NCBI RefSeq assembly: GCF_022045235.1
Contig: NW_027266286.1
Span: 24,676,001 to 24,740,000, forward strand
Reading direction: 5' to 3'
DNA from: Haliotis cracherodii
Lineage: Eukaryota
Length of the DNA stretch: 64,000 nt
Part shown: positions 50,461 to 63,730 of the stretch, in pieces
Layout: each line of letters starts with the position of its first letter
How positions within the stretch are numbered: position 1 is the stretch's first letter
Program-made: the position numbers and the translations under genes
Notes under the pieces: model-generated
Told to the model about the DNA's origin: nothing
The model's input: the letters and a program-made list of their open reading frames with translations, nothing else
The model's database searches: none

Positions 50461-52447
50461 CCAACGGTAGGAATTTGAAAACATTATCTTGACGAATGTC
50501 CTAACCAGGAGATAAAAGGTCACAGGTTGTTGTGTTTAGCCTCCGGAGTACATAACAACATTTTGCATGTGGCACAAGGACGCTTCCGTAACTCTGTTTC
50601 TTGTTATTTTGGACGTATCTACACATTTTGACATACATGTATGTCACTAGACCCACTACCACCTCGAGCGCCCAGATGGTAGCATGGACCTCGTGCCTGT
50701 CGTAATCGCCGCCTTCATTGGGATTTTTCCTCATGTGGCTTCTGGAAGAATATATTACCAATACCCAAAGCGTGTTTCTGGTGGTATCGATCTGATCTGT
50801 TGTTAATTCTTGTATATAGTTACCAATATAAACACACTTTTGTCATTTATTATTTCACTCTTATTAACACTATTCACTATTCCTGGAGAACGATATATTA
50901 CACATTGCCCTTTGTTTCTTGGAAAGGTCTATTACAACTGTGATCAGATGATTTCAATGAGTGTTTGGGTTCCGGTAACACGCATCGACCTTAGCACTAC
51001 AAGTATCATAACGTCCTTATTGTTCAATAAATCCACGTACAATATACAGTTGCTACAATCGCTTTGTTCTAGCCCTATGCGGAGACGAGGTTGGACAAGT
51101 CACCAGCATAGATAAGCTGTTCGTAGAGGCGACTTATCGGATCAGATGGTCAGGCTCGGTGACTTGGTTGATTGTGTGTCATATCGTACCCCGACGGCGT
51201 TGGACGTTGCTCATAACATCAATCACAGTGAGGCGTTAAACAACAAACAAAAAAGAAAGAAAGCTTTGTTGAAGTGCAAGATATTTGGGAGCAGATGCAA
51301 TCCACCCACGTAAACACGCCAACCGACCGCCAGCCCGCCAGCCCGCCAGCCCCCTCACTCCCTCACTCCCTCACTCACCCACTCACTCACTCACTCACTC
51401 ACTCACTCACTCATCCACTCACTCACTCACTCGGCTGGTGTCATGATATTGCTGGAATAGCACCAAAAGTGGCGTACATTCAAACTAACTCACCTTCCAT
51501 CATCATCAAGTGTAGTCAATAGAAATCTTACTTCGCTTCAAGTTTTTTTGGAGCCGATTATTCAAGAGGCTGACATACGCAAATTAATCAAATAAGAGCG
51601 ATACCATTGGTGTTTATATGTTATATGGAAACGATCTGCACCTAGCATATGTGAATGTGATTGATTTCTGGTAGATCCTGTTCATGCTACAACACTCAGA
51701 AATGAGAAAGTACCGAAGAGGTGCCTGCTGGAAGTTCCAGCGCGTTATATAAGTGAGAAAAATAGTTACTGCCAAATCATACATTTTCGGCAAAGCAATT
51801 GAATCTATTACTCGGTAAAATGTTATTCCATCATCGGAAATAAAACCACGTAGAAGTTTCTGGCGAAAGAAGTAAGTGCAATGCTGATATTTAATCGCTC
51901 TGTCTAGCGTTTTGTAATTCGATTGCCTCGGCCATGTATGTATGTATGACATTACCTTTTTTCATCACCTCGTCTCTCATCTTGTCAGCGTAGACTGAAA
52001 TGATTACATGATTAAGGGCACTCGTAGTTCAGCTATGATAGTGTGGTCGTCAAGTAGCATTTTTTAAGAAGTATATTGTTTTCAAAAACTAAGAATATTT
52101 AGATCATGGTGGATAGTCTAGAGCAAAAAGTGCTGCCTTGTCAGGTCCAAGACCAGGTGAAAAATTCTCTCGCAGGATATCTGAAACGGGACGTCGTTGA
52201 TTCGAACCTGGTACAGTAAGTGGATCTTCTCTCGTCCGTGCGCAATGAAATACCTGAAACCTATGAGGTATTACAGGGAAACAAACCAAACCAAATCTAG
52301 TGTGTAACCACTGTAACAAAGGGAGTCTTATTTATCATGTAACAGCTGCATGCAATGCCATATCTGAGTTTACTTCCACTCATGTCGTGGTATAAGCTTG
52401 TACCTGAACTCCACTAGAAGGACTTACTCAGAGTTGGACGCATGTTG

Positions 52448-52680
52448 CACTGCAAACACGAAAACGTCGTTTTTTCCGTATATGGTCATTGGACGGAAAA
52501 ACGACTAAAAATTCATTAAAATTGATTAACTGGTAAGCGTCTAGAAAGTGTCCGGAAAAGTGTCGAGTTTATGAAGCGTAAAATAGACGGAAAAACGATG
52601 GTTTGAAAACGTCCAAATAACGTCGTTTTTCCGTCCAATGACCATATACGGATAAAAACGACGTTTTCATGTTTGCGGTG
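52448..52680. mobile_element. MITE with TIRs of about 58 bp, CACTG...GTG termini and 3-bp TSD (CACTA/EnSpm-type)
   Basis: 52448-52505 inverted at 52622-52680; TTG at 52445-52447 and 52681-52683. Confidence 0.85.
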
Positions 52681-53454
52681 TTGAGAGAACAGAGGAGTAT
52701 CGAGAAAAGAAGTTTGAAGCCAGGCAATTGATTTTATTCTATTAACGCAAACATTATTCTATATACAGCCATCGAGAGATCCTCACTAGGGCACCCATCA
52801 TCCTGACATCCTCTGTATTTACTTGAAACCTTAGGGTTACACTTGAGTGACGATCGCAGTCTATCTTAAGCAGAACTATCGACTTCAGTTTCCACCGAGT
52901 CAGTTAAAATGTGCATGGTCACGTTAAATCACTAATATTAGAAACATTTCGAACACACTTTCTTTAAGGACAAGAACATATCGCAATTTTTAATTCTGCT
53001 GCGCGTTTGAAACGCATATCAATGGTTGTGACCTTTTAAATACCTTTTTCAACCAATACTGTAGGATCTTAACAATCAAACACTTAAGCAACACTGATAG
53101 GGAAGGATATCACAAGACAGAACCAGAATCAGAAAAGGTCTCAATCCTTTTAGTGTTTGTCTTAAGAGGCGACAAAAGTGGATCGGAGGGTCAAGCCAGA
53201 GATCGGAGACTCATGCTTGATACTATATTTCCATTCTGTTATGATAAATACCCTGGACCCATTCTCTACCCTAGGTTCGTTTTTCTTTTAAATGATGCCA
53301 CCACCTAAATCGCACGAGGTTCGTGAGAGTTATACGATTGGACAGGTATTTTTAGTGCTATGTCACGTGAATCTGGCTCAAAACGAGGCTACAGTGGTGA
53401 ATGGATCCAGTTTTGTTTTTTTACAAATAACGAAGAGTGTAATAACGGGATAAC

Positions 53455-53457
<3 letters not shown>

Positions 53458-53517
<60 letters not shown>
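53458..53517 (+). repeat. (CA)n microsatellite within a family V SINE 3' remnant
   Basis: Followed by GTCGCTATATAAGTG...CGTTTAACCCAATTTCAC, as in the family V tail. Confidence 0.9.
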
Positions 53518-53520
<3 letters not shown>

Positions 53521-54859
53521 CTGTATGTCGCTATATAAGTGGTTTAATCTTGGACGCAACGTTTAACCCAATTTCACATCACATCTTATGATAATAAAAG
53601 TTTATCGAAGGTTGATTAAAAATAATGGTCTCGAGTATGCTTCCTGAGAAACACGTCCTTCATCAATGTCCGTGACTCCATCTCGTTTATGCTCTCCCGT
53701 TAATGCTTCATCAGGTCATATTTATTCTTCCAAGTATGTTACAGGATCTTATTTCCATCCAAAGTCAATGTCTGTCTCTCCAATCAGTGCCCTTAAATCT
53801 TGACACAGTTCAAAATGAAGAAAATGCATTCGTCATAGCGATTTCTGCTTTTTAAATAACCACTTTTATGTACGTTTAATTACTTTCGCGATTTCATTTA
53901 GCAACTGATGCCACAACCTATCAATAATAGATTCAGATTGTCACTGCAATTATTTTCAAGGTTGTGATGGGGAGAGTTGTGCCTCTTGAATTTAATCATG
54001 TGATTCGGAGATTGCCACGGTTTCTAGTAAAAAGCGCAGGCTAGGCTAGTGCGTCCTGTCTCTGACACATAGCTAAACAGACATACGAAAGAGCATAGTT
54101 CATAATTCTTTAAACGTTTTATAAAAATCAATTTTGATTGAAGAGAGAATTATGTTTCTATGTTTCTCTTTACGGTTCTTATCTTCTTTTAAATGTCAAG
54201 TTGACCTCAGAGACTCTTTGTATCCATGGTGATGGAGTGAATGGCATAGTCGAAACGAATTTGCAATATGCCAATAATATGGTACCAATCAAATGCAATT
54301 CCATCACTCTAAACTGATTTCGACAGTGTTAACACGCGTCTTAAAAGGAATATCGACATATCATGTTCTCTCAGCTAAGTTGTCATTTCCTAACGACCAA
54401 AATAACACCACAGTTGCCTATAATGACGGCCACCTTGGATTTGATGAAACATCTTTAGGCAGTGTGACAGACTGCTGACTGGATGTAGTAGGAAACTGGT
54501 GTTCACTTGCCAGATAATATGAACATTACATGTGCTGGCCATTCCCTTGACACTTCAATAATCATCCTTTTGCTCACTTAAGTGGACTCATTAGAGACGA
54601 AAAAGAAACGTTTACGAATTCCATTGTGGATACGACGTTGTAACAGGTTAAATAGCTAATCTTTTTTTCTTTGAAGTAGAAGCTATTTTATCAACTTGAA
54701 GCTATTTTTCATTTGATGCCTCACAAAACTCATCAATACAACAAATGGAAGGTTTATCCTAGGGTGATGAATATGTTTTTGGAATTGCAGTATGCTCATC
54801 CATGAACACCTTGCACAATCAGAGCCATATCTCACGGAGTCGTGATTGAAGTTTCTGGT

Positions 54860-55620
54860 AATCGTTTTTGGCGAAAATTGTATCCTACATTTTCTCACTT
54901 TGTTCCTTATCTTGACATTTAGACAAGAAGTAGGCATCCTTATGGACACTAATTTTGCTCCCCTTCTTGCTGATCTGTTTCTTTGTGCATGTGACTCGGA
55001 ATTTCTGCTCGGATTGGCAAAGTCAAAACAAGGTAATTTTGCCAAGAAGTTTAACACAAGCTTTAGATATATCTATGAAAATTATGATATCGTTCAATAT
55101 CCATCAAACAGCCAATTCCCTTCCACTGCTTTAACCACCTGAACTAGAAATAAAGGAGACCAGTGAGACCGCCACGTTTGTTTCATATTTAGATCTATGC
55201 ATAAATATTCAGAGTGCCAAAACGCTTTCCACAAGACTTTCCAAAAGTCAATTTTCCCTTTATGTCAAGCAATATTCCTAGAGCTCCAGCCATTGGTGTC
55301 AACATTTCACAACTATTGTGGCACAGTCAAGCATGCTCTTACCACCAAGATTCCAAAGGGCGTCATACGACTCTTCCTCCGAAGTTTGATCAAGGTGACA
55401 ACATTCAAGGCATCAGTAAAGCTTTCAGAAAGTTTTAATATAGACAGGTGGAGGGTACTTCCAAATTTGACGCGTCAGTGACAAAAATCATGTCAGATAC
55501 AATTCCTTATTTTGACTTCTACCATAATGTTCCCGTTGTTTCTTTTTCAGGTGAATATTTGACTTGCTTTTGAATGTGTTTGTGACGTGTGCCACACGTG
55601 GGGCAGGATAAACACACCTT
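54860..55620 (+). mobile_element. Penelope-like (Naiad-type) RT fragment, decayed
   Basis: RQEVGILMDTNFAPLLADLFL (RT motif B'), SFRYIYE (decayed RYIDD), ELEIKETSE..SYLDL, VNFPFMSSNIPRAPAIGV.ISQL; no GIY-YIG domain after the thumb. Confidence 0.82.
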
Positions 55621-56016
55621 GAAAGGAAAGGGATTTGTCACTTTTCTTGTGATAGATTAGAATAAATCCAATGAGGAACTTAATTGTAATTCTGACATCT
55701 TAGCAGTACCATCGCAATCTTGCTTAACGCATTGGACCTAGAATCTATTGCAAACAAGACATGTAAAACGTCTTGATCAATTCGTTGCGAATACTTTTTG
55801 TTATCCGTTGTTGAATGATAAAACCAAGACTCCCTGTGTTTGCACAACAAACTCCTATTGGTAACGCAATAGAGACTCTCATTAGTGTGTTTCCCTGTCA
55901 TACCTCATTATTCCCACACGGAAGAGGATCCGCTTACTGTACCAGCTGCAGGTTCAAATCAAAGATGTGTCCCGATTATTGTCCTTCGTCGTTCTAAATT
56001 ACCCGTTGCTCGTATA

Positions 56017-57215
56017 CAATTGCCTACACAACAGAGATTTCCTTCACCTGCACAATAGAGATTCCCATTGCCTACACAATAGAGGTTCCCATTGCCTAAA
56101 CAATGGAGATTCCCATTGCCTACACAATAGAGGTTTCCATTGCCTACACAATAGAGGTTCCCATTGCTTACACAATGAGGATTCCTGTTGCCTACTCAAT
56201 AGAGGTTTCCATTGCATACACAACAGAGATACCTATTGCCCACACAATAGAGGTTTCCATTGCCTACACAACAGAGGTTCCCATTGGATACACAATAGAG
56301 ATACATATTACCTACACAATAGAGGTTCCCATTGCCTACACAATGGGGATTCCTATTGCCTACACAACAGAGGTTTCCATTGCATACACAACAGAGATAC
56401 CTATTGCCTACACAATAGAGATTCCCATTGCATACACATTGGAGGTTCCCATTGTATACACAATAGAGATCCCCAATGCATACACAATAGAGGTTCCCAT
56501 TGCCTACACAATAGAGATTCCCATTGCCTAAACAATGGAGATTCCTATTGCCTACACAATAGAGGTTCCCATTGCCTACACAATAGAGGTTCCCATTGCC
56601 TACACAATGGGGATTCCTATTGCCTACACAATGGAGATTCATATTGCCTACACAATAGAGGTTCCCATTGCCTACACAATGGGGATTCCTGTTACCTACA
56701 CAATACAGATTCCCAATGCATACACTATTGAGATACCTATTACCTACACAATATAGGTTCCCATTGCCTACACAATGGGGATTCCTATTACCTACACAAT
56801 ATAGGTTCCCATTGCCTACACAATGGGGATTCCTATTGCCTACACAACAGAGATTCCCATTGCATACAAAAAAGAGATACCTATTACCTACACAATAGAG
56901 ACTCCCATTGCCTACACAACAGAGATTCCTATTACCTACACAATAGAGATTCCCATTACCTACACAATAGAGGTTCCCATTGCATACACAGTAGAGATTC
57001 CTACTGAATACACAATAGAGATACCTGTTACCTACACAATAGAGACTCCCATTGCCTACACAACAGAGATTCCTATTACCTACACAATAGAGATTCCCAT
57101 TACCTACACAATAGAGGCTCCCATTGCATACACAATAGAGATTCCTTTTGCCTACACAATAGAGATTGCAAATGCAACAGAGGCGTTCATTGGTTTCACA
57201 ACAGAGACTCCCGTT
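56017..57215 (+). repeat. 24-bp minisatellite, about 50 units
   Basis: Unit ATTGCCTACACAATAGAGGTTCCC; explains the 8-aa-periodic ORFs on both strands. Confidence 0.97.
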
Positions 57216-58820
57216 GAATTGTTCTCTAGCCATAGCTCATAGTTCCTACAAACAAAGCTTTTTAGATATATCACAGCGCACGGATAGGTCAAGAAGCGCT
57301 TATCGTAGGTTCGAATGAACGATGTGTCCCGATTATTATCCTTGGCTGCTCTAATGGACTCTTGCTCGTCTACAATGTGTTTCACTGAGGTTCCCAATCC
57401 ACATTAAACTGACAGGCCATGATATAACTGAACGTCTGTTCGAAAAAGCTTTAAGTCCAAAATATTCACAATAACATATGTCTGATATACCATCATCTGT
57501 AAGCTTTTTCTGGCCAAGATGACAACGGACCTACGTCCGGGAAAAACAATATATTTTCTTGTCAATCGCCATTCCCCCAGAACAATAATGAATTTAAAGT
57601 TACAAACCTCTCAAAAGTAAAACGACAAAATATATTCTAGCATTAAACTATTCTTTTACCATGTCGGGTCATTAGACGTCGGAATAAGTTATATTTTAGC
57701 GCTCTTTCGTGATAGTGATTTTTAATGCAAAACAGCAAACGTTAACGTGTGACATCCCTCTGGTGCACTGGTGTCTCGAGTTTCATCATAAGCTCATTTG
57801 CATTTATCAGTAATGACAAGGTAGACATAATCTTATGGATAACAACTTCTTAATACTGTAAAAAGCGACCTTGTACCGTTGTCAAGCAGGACTGAATGAG
57901 GGACATAGTACAGAATATATACTGTAGGTGGAGGATTAACAGTAGGGGATTAACAGTAATAATAATTGCATACATGAGTGGGATAACATGAGTAAGTGTT
58001 TACAACAGAAGGATAATACTGTCACAATACGATTGACAGAGAACACATAGGTGGAAGCCAATGGGACATTGGGCCAGAAGGATGTCACACGTTAACGTTT
58101 GCTGTTTTGCACTCAAAATCACTATCACAATCAGTGTCTACCTTGTCATCCGTCAACTTCTAAGTAATGACTATCAAACAATTTATCAGTGATGCTGAAT
58201 CAACAACAAAAGAAGTATTTGGGCTGAGACATTAAAACTATCACCACTGTGTTGCCAAATAAACATTTCTTAAACGTTTTTATGTACCTACAAGAAGGGT
58301 CTCTGTATATGTACTTGTACACAGACGACGTACATCAAAATTAACATATCGTTTTCAGTTTCAACAAAAATCATTGGATGCGCGTATATAAAGCTTATAT
58401 AAAACGTAACACAAGAATAAACGAAATAGGAATCATATCTGAGAAAACCCAGTGAATAATGTCTGACGAATGTTAGTCTCAGTCGATTTTATTGTTAATT
58501 TACGTATATTAAGAGTTTGAACATCTGATCCAGTAATCCTCCCGATAAATCCAGGCCCTTCAATAGTTTAGTCGGTGATGTTGCTAACCGAACTGATTCA
58601 TTTCTGTATCTCTCCGTCATTTTATAATACCATTGAAGCACAAATACTATCAACGCTAATCCATGACACATTCCACAATTTGTAATTAAAAAATAAACAC
58701 TGACAATCACATGACTCCATTCACTTCTGCGAGTGGGCCTTTGACAATAATACAGTGGAGATTTCCGGCTTGTTAAGCCTTGTTCATTAAACCGTGATGA
58801 CCGACGAGTCGTAATGATCG

Positions 58821-58951
58821 NNNNNNNNNNNNNNNNNNNNNNNNNNNNNNNNNNNNNNNNNNNNNNNNNNNNNNNNNNNNNNNNNNNNNNNNNNNNNNNN
58901 NNNNNNNNNNNNNNNNNNNNNNNNNNNNNNNNNNNNNNNNNNNNNNNNNNN
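58821..58951. other. Assembly gap
   Basis: Run of N. Confidence 1.
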
Positions 58952-61900
58952 CACCTCACAAAAATATTTACATAGATACATATAAAAGGACATAAAAGTG
59001 AGCCACCCGTTAAGGGTTACAAGAGACTTAAAATATATCACAGTATGTACAGGATAAATATATTGGTGTAATAGGGGTATGTAAAATATACTACCTGTAA
59101 CTAGCCATATAAAATATTTTTCTTCGTTGGAGAATTAAAAAGCAGGTTTGGGCTGTAAAATATACATACTATTTAAAAAGTACAATACATGACAGTCATC
59201 TTCAATACTTACCTTACACTGAAAACACACTCTTTCATTCACATTCATATTTGTATATCTACATGTTTCCAACTTCAGAGGAGCAGTACCTGATCTAAAT
59301 TTGGAGAAGGCAGAGCGGTAAGAACGAGGCATACACATACTTACATAACTTTCACACCCATACCCATCTTTAAGGGTTACGAGAGACCTAAAATATATCA
59401 CAGTATATACAGGATAAATATATTGGTGTAATAGGGGTATGTAAAATATACTTCCTGTAACTGGCCATATAAAATATTTTTCTTCGTTGGAGAATTAAAA
59501 AGCAGGTTTGGGCTGTAAAATATACATACTATTTAAAAAGTACAATACATGACATTCATCTTCAATACTTACCTTACACTGAAAACACACTCTTTCATTC
59601 ACATTCATATTTGTATATCTACATGTTTCCAACTTCAGAGGAGCAGTACCTGATATAAATTTGGAGAAGGCAGAGCGGTAAGAACGAGGCATACATATAC
59701 TTACATAACTTTCACATCCATACCCATCTTTAAACATTCTATACGTACGTAATTTGTTACCACCCGTTCTTCCGCCAGGATTGCATAACCCTTCATTCCA
59801 ATCAGACACATACTTTCCCATGCATATATCTTGTACACGTACAACTACACTTTTCACGCTAACATTCTCAGAAATATTCAGAGCCCATTCGTTCAGCTTT
59901 GCCCTAACACGAAAATTCCAGTTTTTCACACGACCAATAGCATAACGTTCAGATTACATAAAAACGTACTTATTTAATCTAAGGGACAGTTTAGTAAAAC
60001 GACACTACTGTCTAACAATACACATCCACTGTCTAACTATCGGAGGAATTCATTCCATATCTCCAGTAACAGCAACATTTGGAGCGTACTTACCCAACCC
60101 TAAGAAAAATCTCAAAGCACGATGGTGAACGGGTTTTACAGAAGAAATTTCACAATGACCCCAGATAGATGCCCCATAACTCAAGACTGGCCAAACCATC
60201 GTATCATACAATTTGGAATAAATAGTGGATCGCATACCTCCTATTGCCTTATATTTACATATAAGAAGACCTAATGCTCTGCTAGCCGATTTAGCTGCTG
60301 CCTTTGCCGTAGCATTGTAGTCAAGATGTTCCGTGAGCAGTAGGCCTAGATAATTATGACAATCAACAATGTCTAAAACAGAGTTACCAATATCTAAAAA
60401 AACGGTTGTTATTGGAACGCTTACATTTCTTAAGTGTACAATCTTGGACTTGTCATTATTAATAAGGATACTATTATCAACACACCATGTATTCATAACA
60501 TGTAATAGACGATTCAAATCAGCTGCCGATTCTGTAAGTAAAATAAGATCATCAGCATATGCTAAGGCTGCAATAGTAATATCATCAACACAAATACCAA
60601 TACCAGTTTCATTTAGCTTGTCAATCAAATCATTAATTGGGGAGAGTAAGCATCCTTGTTTTAAGCACCGATTAACATTAAACCAGGGTGTAAGCATACC
60701 ATTTATACGTACACTGCATTTCACATTATCATATAAAGATTGAAGTGCTAGAAACATTTTCCCTTTCACACCAATGTTACATAATTTCTCCCACAGCACA
60801 CCTCTGTTAATGCTATCATACGCTTTATGAAAGTCAATAAAAGCAGAACAAGCGTCTTTTTTAATACATTTTCTAGTTTCAATAAAAGAACAGAGTGAAT
60901 ATGATCCGTAGTTGATCTAAGCTTCCAGAACCCATTTTGTGCATAATTTAGAGCTCCTGTGCTTTCAGCCCAAGATTGCAGACGGTTATTTAAAATATTA
61001 CAATATAATTTGTACATAGAATTGGTGAGGGTCAAACCTTTATATGATAAAGGATCCGCAGGATCTAAAGTAGAACACTTTGGTATGGGATTATTTATGC
61101 CCTTTAACCACAATGCAGGGGTTTTCCCTGTGCTAAAACATGTATTAAAGATATTGTGCATCGCCGAAATAACATTTTGTGATTTAAGACATTCCACCGG
61201 AATACCGTCAACACCGGGAGCCTTGCCAGATTGGCTCTATCAACCGCTCTGGTTACTTCAAAGAGAGTAATTTTAGCGTCGAACAACATATGTGGGTCAC
61301 CAGTCTCACTGTCATACTTAACATTCTGCATCCTGACGTCACCATTCAACAGTTTACAATAATCATTCTTCCACTTATCTAGTACATCACTCCATTTCTC
61401 AGACACATTTCCATCCTCTAAGACCACTCTCATGGGGATCTCTCTTCGTCTCTCCCCACCTACCCCAATTTTACCAATCTTCTTCCAGGACTCTCTTTCA
61501 TTATCCTCACACATTTCATCCAACCGTTTACTTTCCCCCTATCGCATACATTCGTTTAACAATTTGCACTGTTTTGTCAAAATGTTTTCGCTTTTTAACA
61601 AAACAATGTTTTAGAAACATTCTCTCATTACCAGGGCGTTTACATTTACACCACTTTGTCTCTGCCTCGCACATGTCATTCCACAACACACGCAGATCAT
61701 CATTCCACCAGGGCTTTCTCACACGACGCTTTTTATTGCTCTTACCACCAAAAACCACACGAGAACGTGGTTTTAACTTTTCATGTATCTCTCTCTGAAC
61801 TAAGTCTGTGAGAGTCTCCGCAACTAGATCTAGGTCATTCTGAGACTGGATCGACATCTGGATCTGAAATATGATGTCATTCAAGTTTGCTATACAGTTA

Positions 61901-62640
61901 TCAGATGTTAAAAAGTCAGAAGGTACATCAGATGTAATAAAGCGTGAAGCATAAACCGTGTCTGACTGGTTGTCTGCTACCTATGAGCCAATATTAATAG
62001 TCTTACAAGACACTGACCACTGTAACAGCGAGTGATCAAGCTTAGTATGTAAGTCTGTATTTCCTGTTCAACACCAGCGCCATCCATTAACGCTGAAGGT
62101 CTAAGTACTTGAAAACAGCTAAAGTCACACAGAGATTCATGTGGTGTCATGCATCATTGGATGCTGTATTTCTTCCATTCAGTACACAGTAAATTGCATC
62201 TATCAGAAAATCAATCAGTCTCCGCCCATTGGCGATAGTCACATAATCTACGACCTGCCTTTCGGGTAGCATGTCCACGCCCTCTATAAAATCATTTAGG
62301 TCTGAGACCCTGCTATTGAAGTCTCCACATACATACAGTATTGTACCACATGACTGAAACTCTAAAATTTGCGATAGCAAAGTGTCGAGAAAGTCAGTTT
62401 CAGAAACATTTCTCGTTGAATTCTCAGGGGGGAGATAGTACACTGCCAAATAAAACTTTGACTTACAATGGTCAGTTAGTTCTTGCCATAATATGCCTTC
62501 AGAAGAAATATCAGCAACATTAATATCATTAAAATTACCTAGGAATGAGGTTTTAAGGAAAAAACCTACACCACAAGATCCAGCCTTGGCACGGTTATGG
62601 AGTAACTCGCTGTTGTGTCCAATCCACTTATAACCATCTA
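58952..62640 (-). mobile_element. Decayed APE-RT LINE (CR1/L2/RTE-X-like ORF2, frameshifted)
   Basis: APE motifs AVYYLPP, CGDFNSR, LNGR; KPWWNDDL; RT motifs NPIPK, YKGLTL, QNGF, LKQGCLLSP, LAYADD, YLG; C-terminal RSGTAPLKLET.RY...C..C...EDECH. Confidence 0.93.
59010..59732 (-). repeat. 360-bp tandem duplication of the LINE 3' end
   Basis: 59010-59369 matches 59370-59729 with a few substitutions; ORF stops at 59135 and 59495 are exactly 360 bp apart. Confidence 0.93.
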
Positions 62641-62642
62641 AG

Positions 62643-62894
62643 TACAGTTCTTCATCCTTATATAAGTGAGTTTCAGTTTCATTCCAAAACCCGCATATGG
62701 CCTATCTTGTGCTGTAGGTACATGTTTGGGACTGGAAAATAACTTCGAGACAACCGTAACTTCGACACATCCGTTCGACACATCTGACGTTAAATGATGA
62801 TGAGTACAGACGGAATACGCAAGAACAAAGTTTTTACTTCGAGACAACCGTAAGTTCGACCGATCAAAGTTCGACACAACAGTGTTTGACTGTA
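62643..62894. mobile_element. Probable Tc1/mariner-pogo-type MITE abutting the LINE 5' break
   Basis: Ends TTTGACTG-TA with repeated TTCGA(G/C)ACA subterminal motifs; the left TIR is poor (TA-CAGT only). Confidence 0.45.
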
Positions 62895-63730
62895 ATTGTT
62901 TCCTAGCTTAAGCACCGCCAGGATCTATGCAATTGATGTTGACTTCCAAACCAAAGAATCGTGCAAAACAACTATAATAATTCTACGCTTTCACAAACAA
63001 TTCTTTAAAAAGGGAAAAAAGCGCAAAGATTCAATACAGAATTTGAGCGAAGGAGATGGCTGCATCATAACCAATGATTTGCAATCAGGACACTCGAAAC
63101 GACTACAATCTATAGGTGGATAGCCTTGGGCTATTCCACACGACAGTGGTTGATGTGCATTTCTCTAGAGACGAGGCGTCAATGCTTTTTACACTCCAGG
63201 AATCACTAACAACCCTTAACTGAACATTACATCACAGTTTGGATGACAATAATTGCTGTCACTCCCATGAGAAAAAGCACATTGTAACAAGTCAAGTGGG
63301 ACCGAGCGAAATGCAATTAATGGACAGTCATGAATTAGAAAAATAATGCATCTTCCTCCCTGATCTTATCTTGATGGGATCTGATTAGAGAAACCTGGGG
63401 GCTGTTATCGAGTTCGTGTGAATCAACAATGCACTTTCAAATATGATTACAACTGGTCAGTTTGTGATGTTGAAGTACACAAGTAAATGCAGTTAGCATT
63501 ATCAAATGACAACCTTAATGAATAAATGCAGTTTCTAAGTTAAACACATCTAACAATACATTCGGGCAATTTTGTTTTCGCTATATTTCAGTACCATGAT
63601 GAAGGAATATAGAAAGGACAACAAGTACCAAACTGTTTCAGAGGAAGACATTGATTACATGAACGGGGAGTGCCATCCACGTTCAGTATCCACAACTGTA
63701 ACCTATTCAGTTTTCAGTACTGGCTTTCGA

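Noticed and set aside
55967-57242. Long repetitive ORFs as real genes
   Set aside because: A 24-nt unit is open in several frames on both strands by default. No signal peptide or splice evidence was seen. Kept only as a hypothesis in findings.
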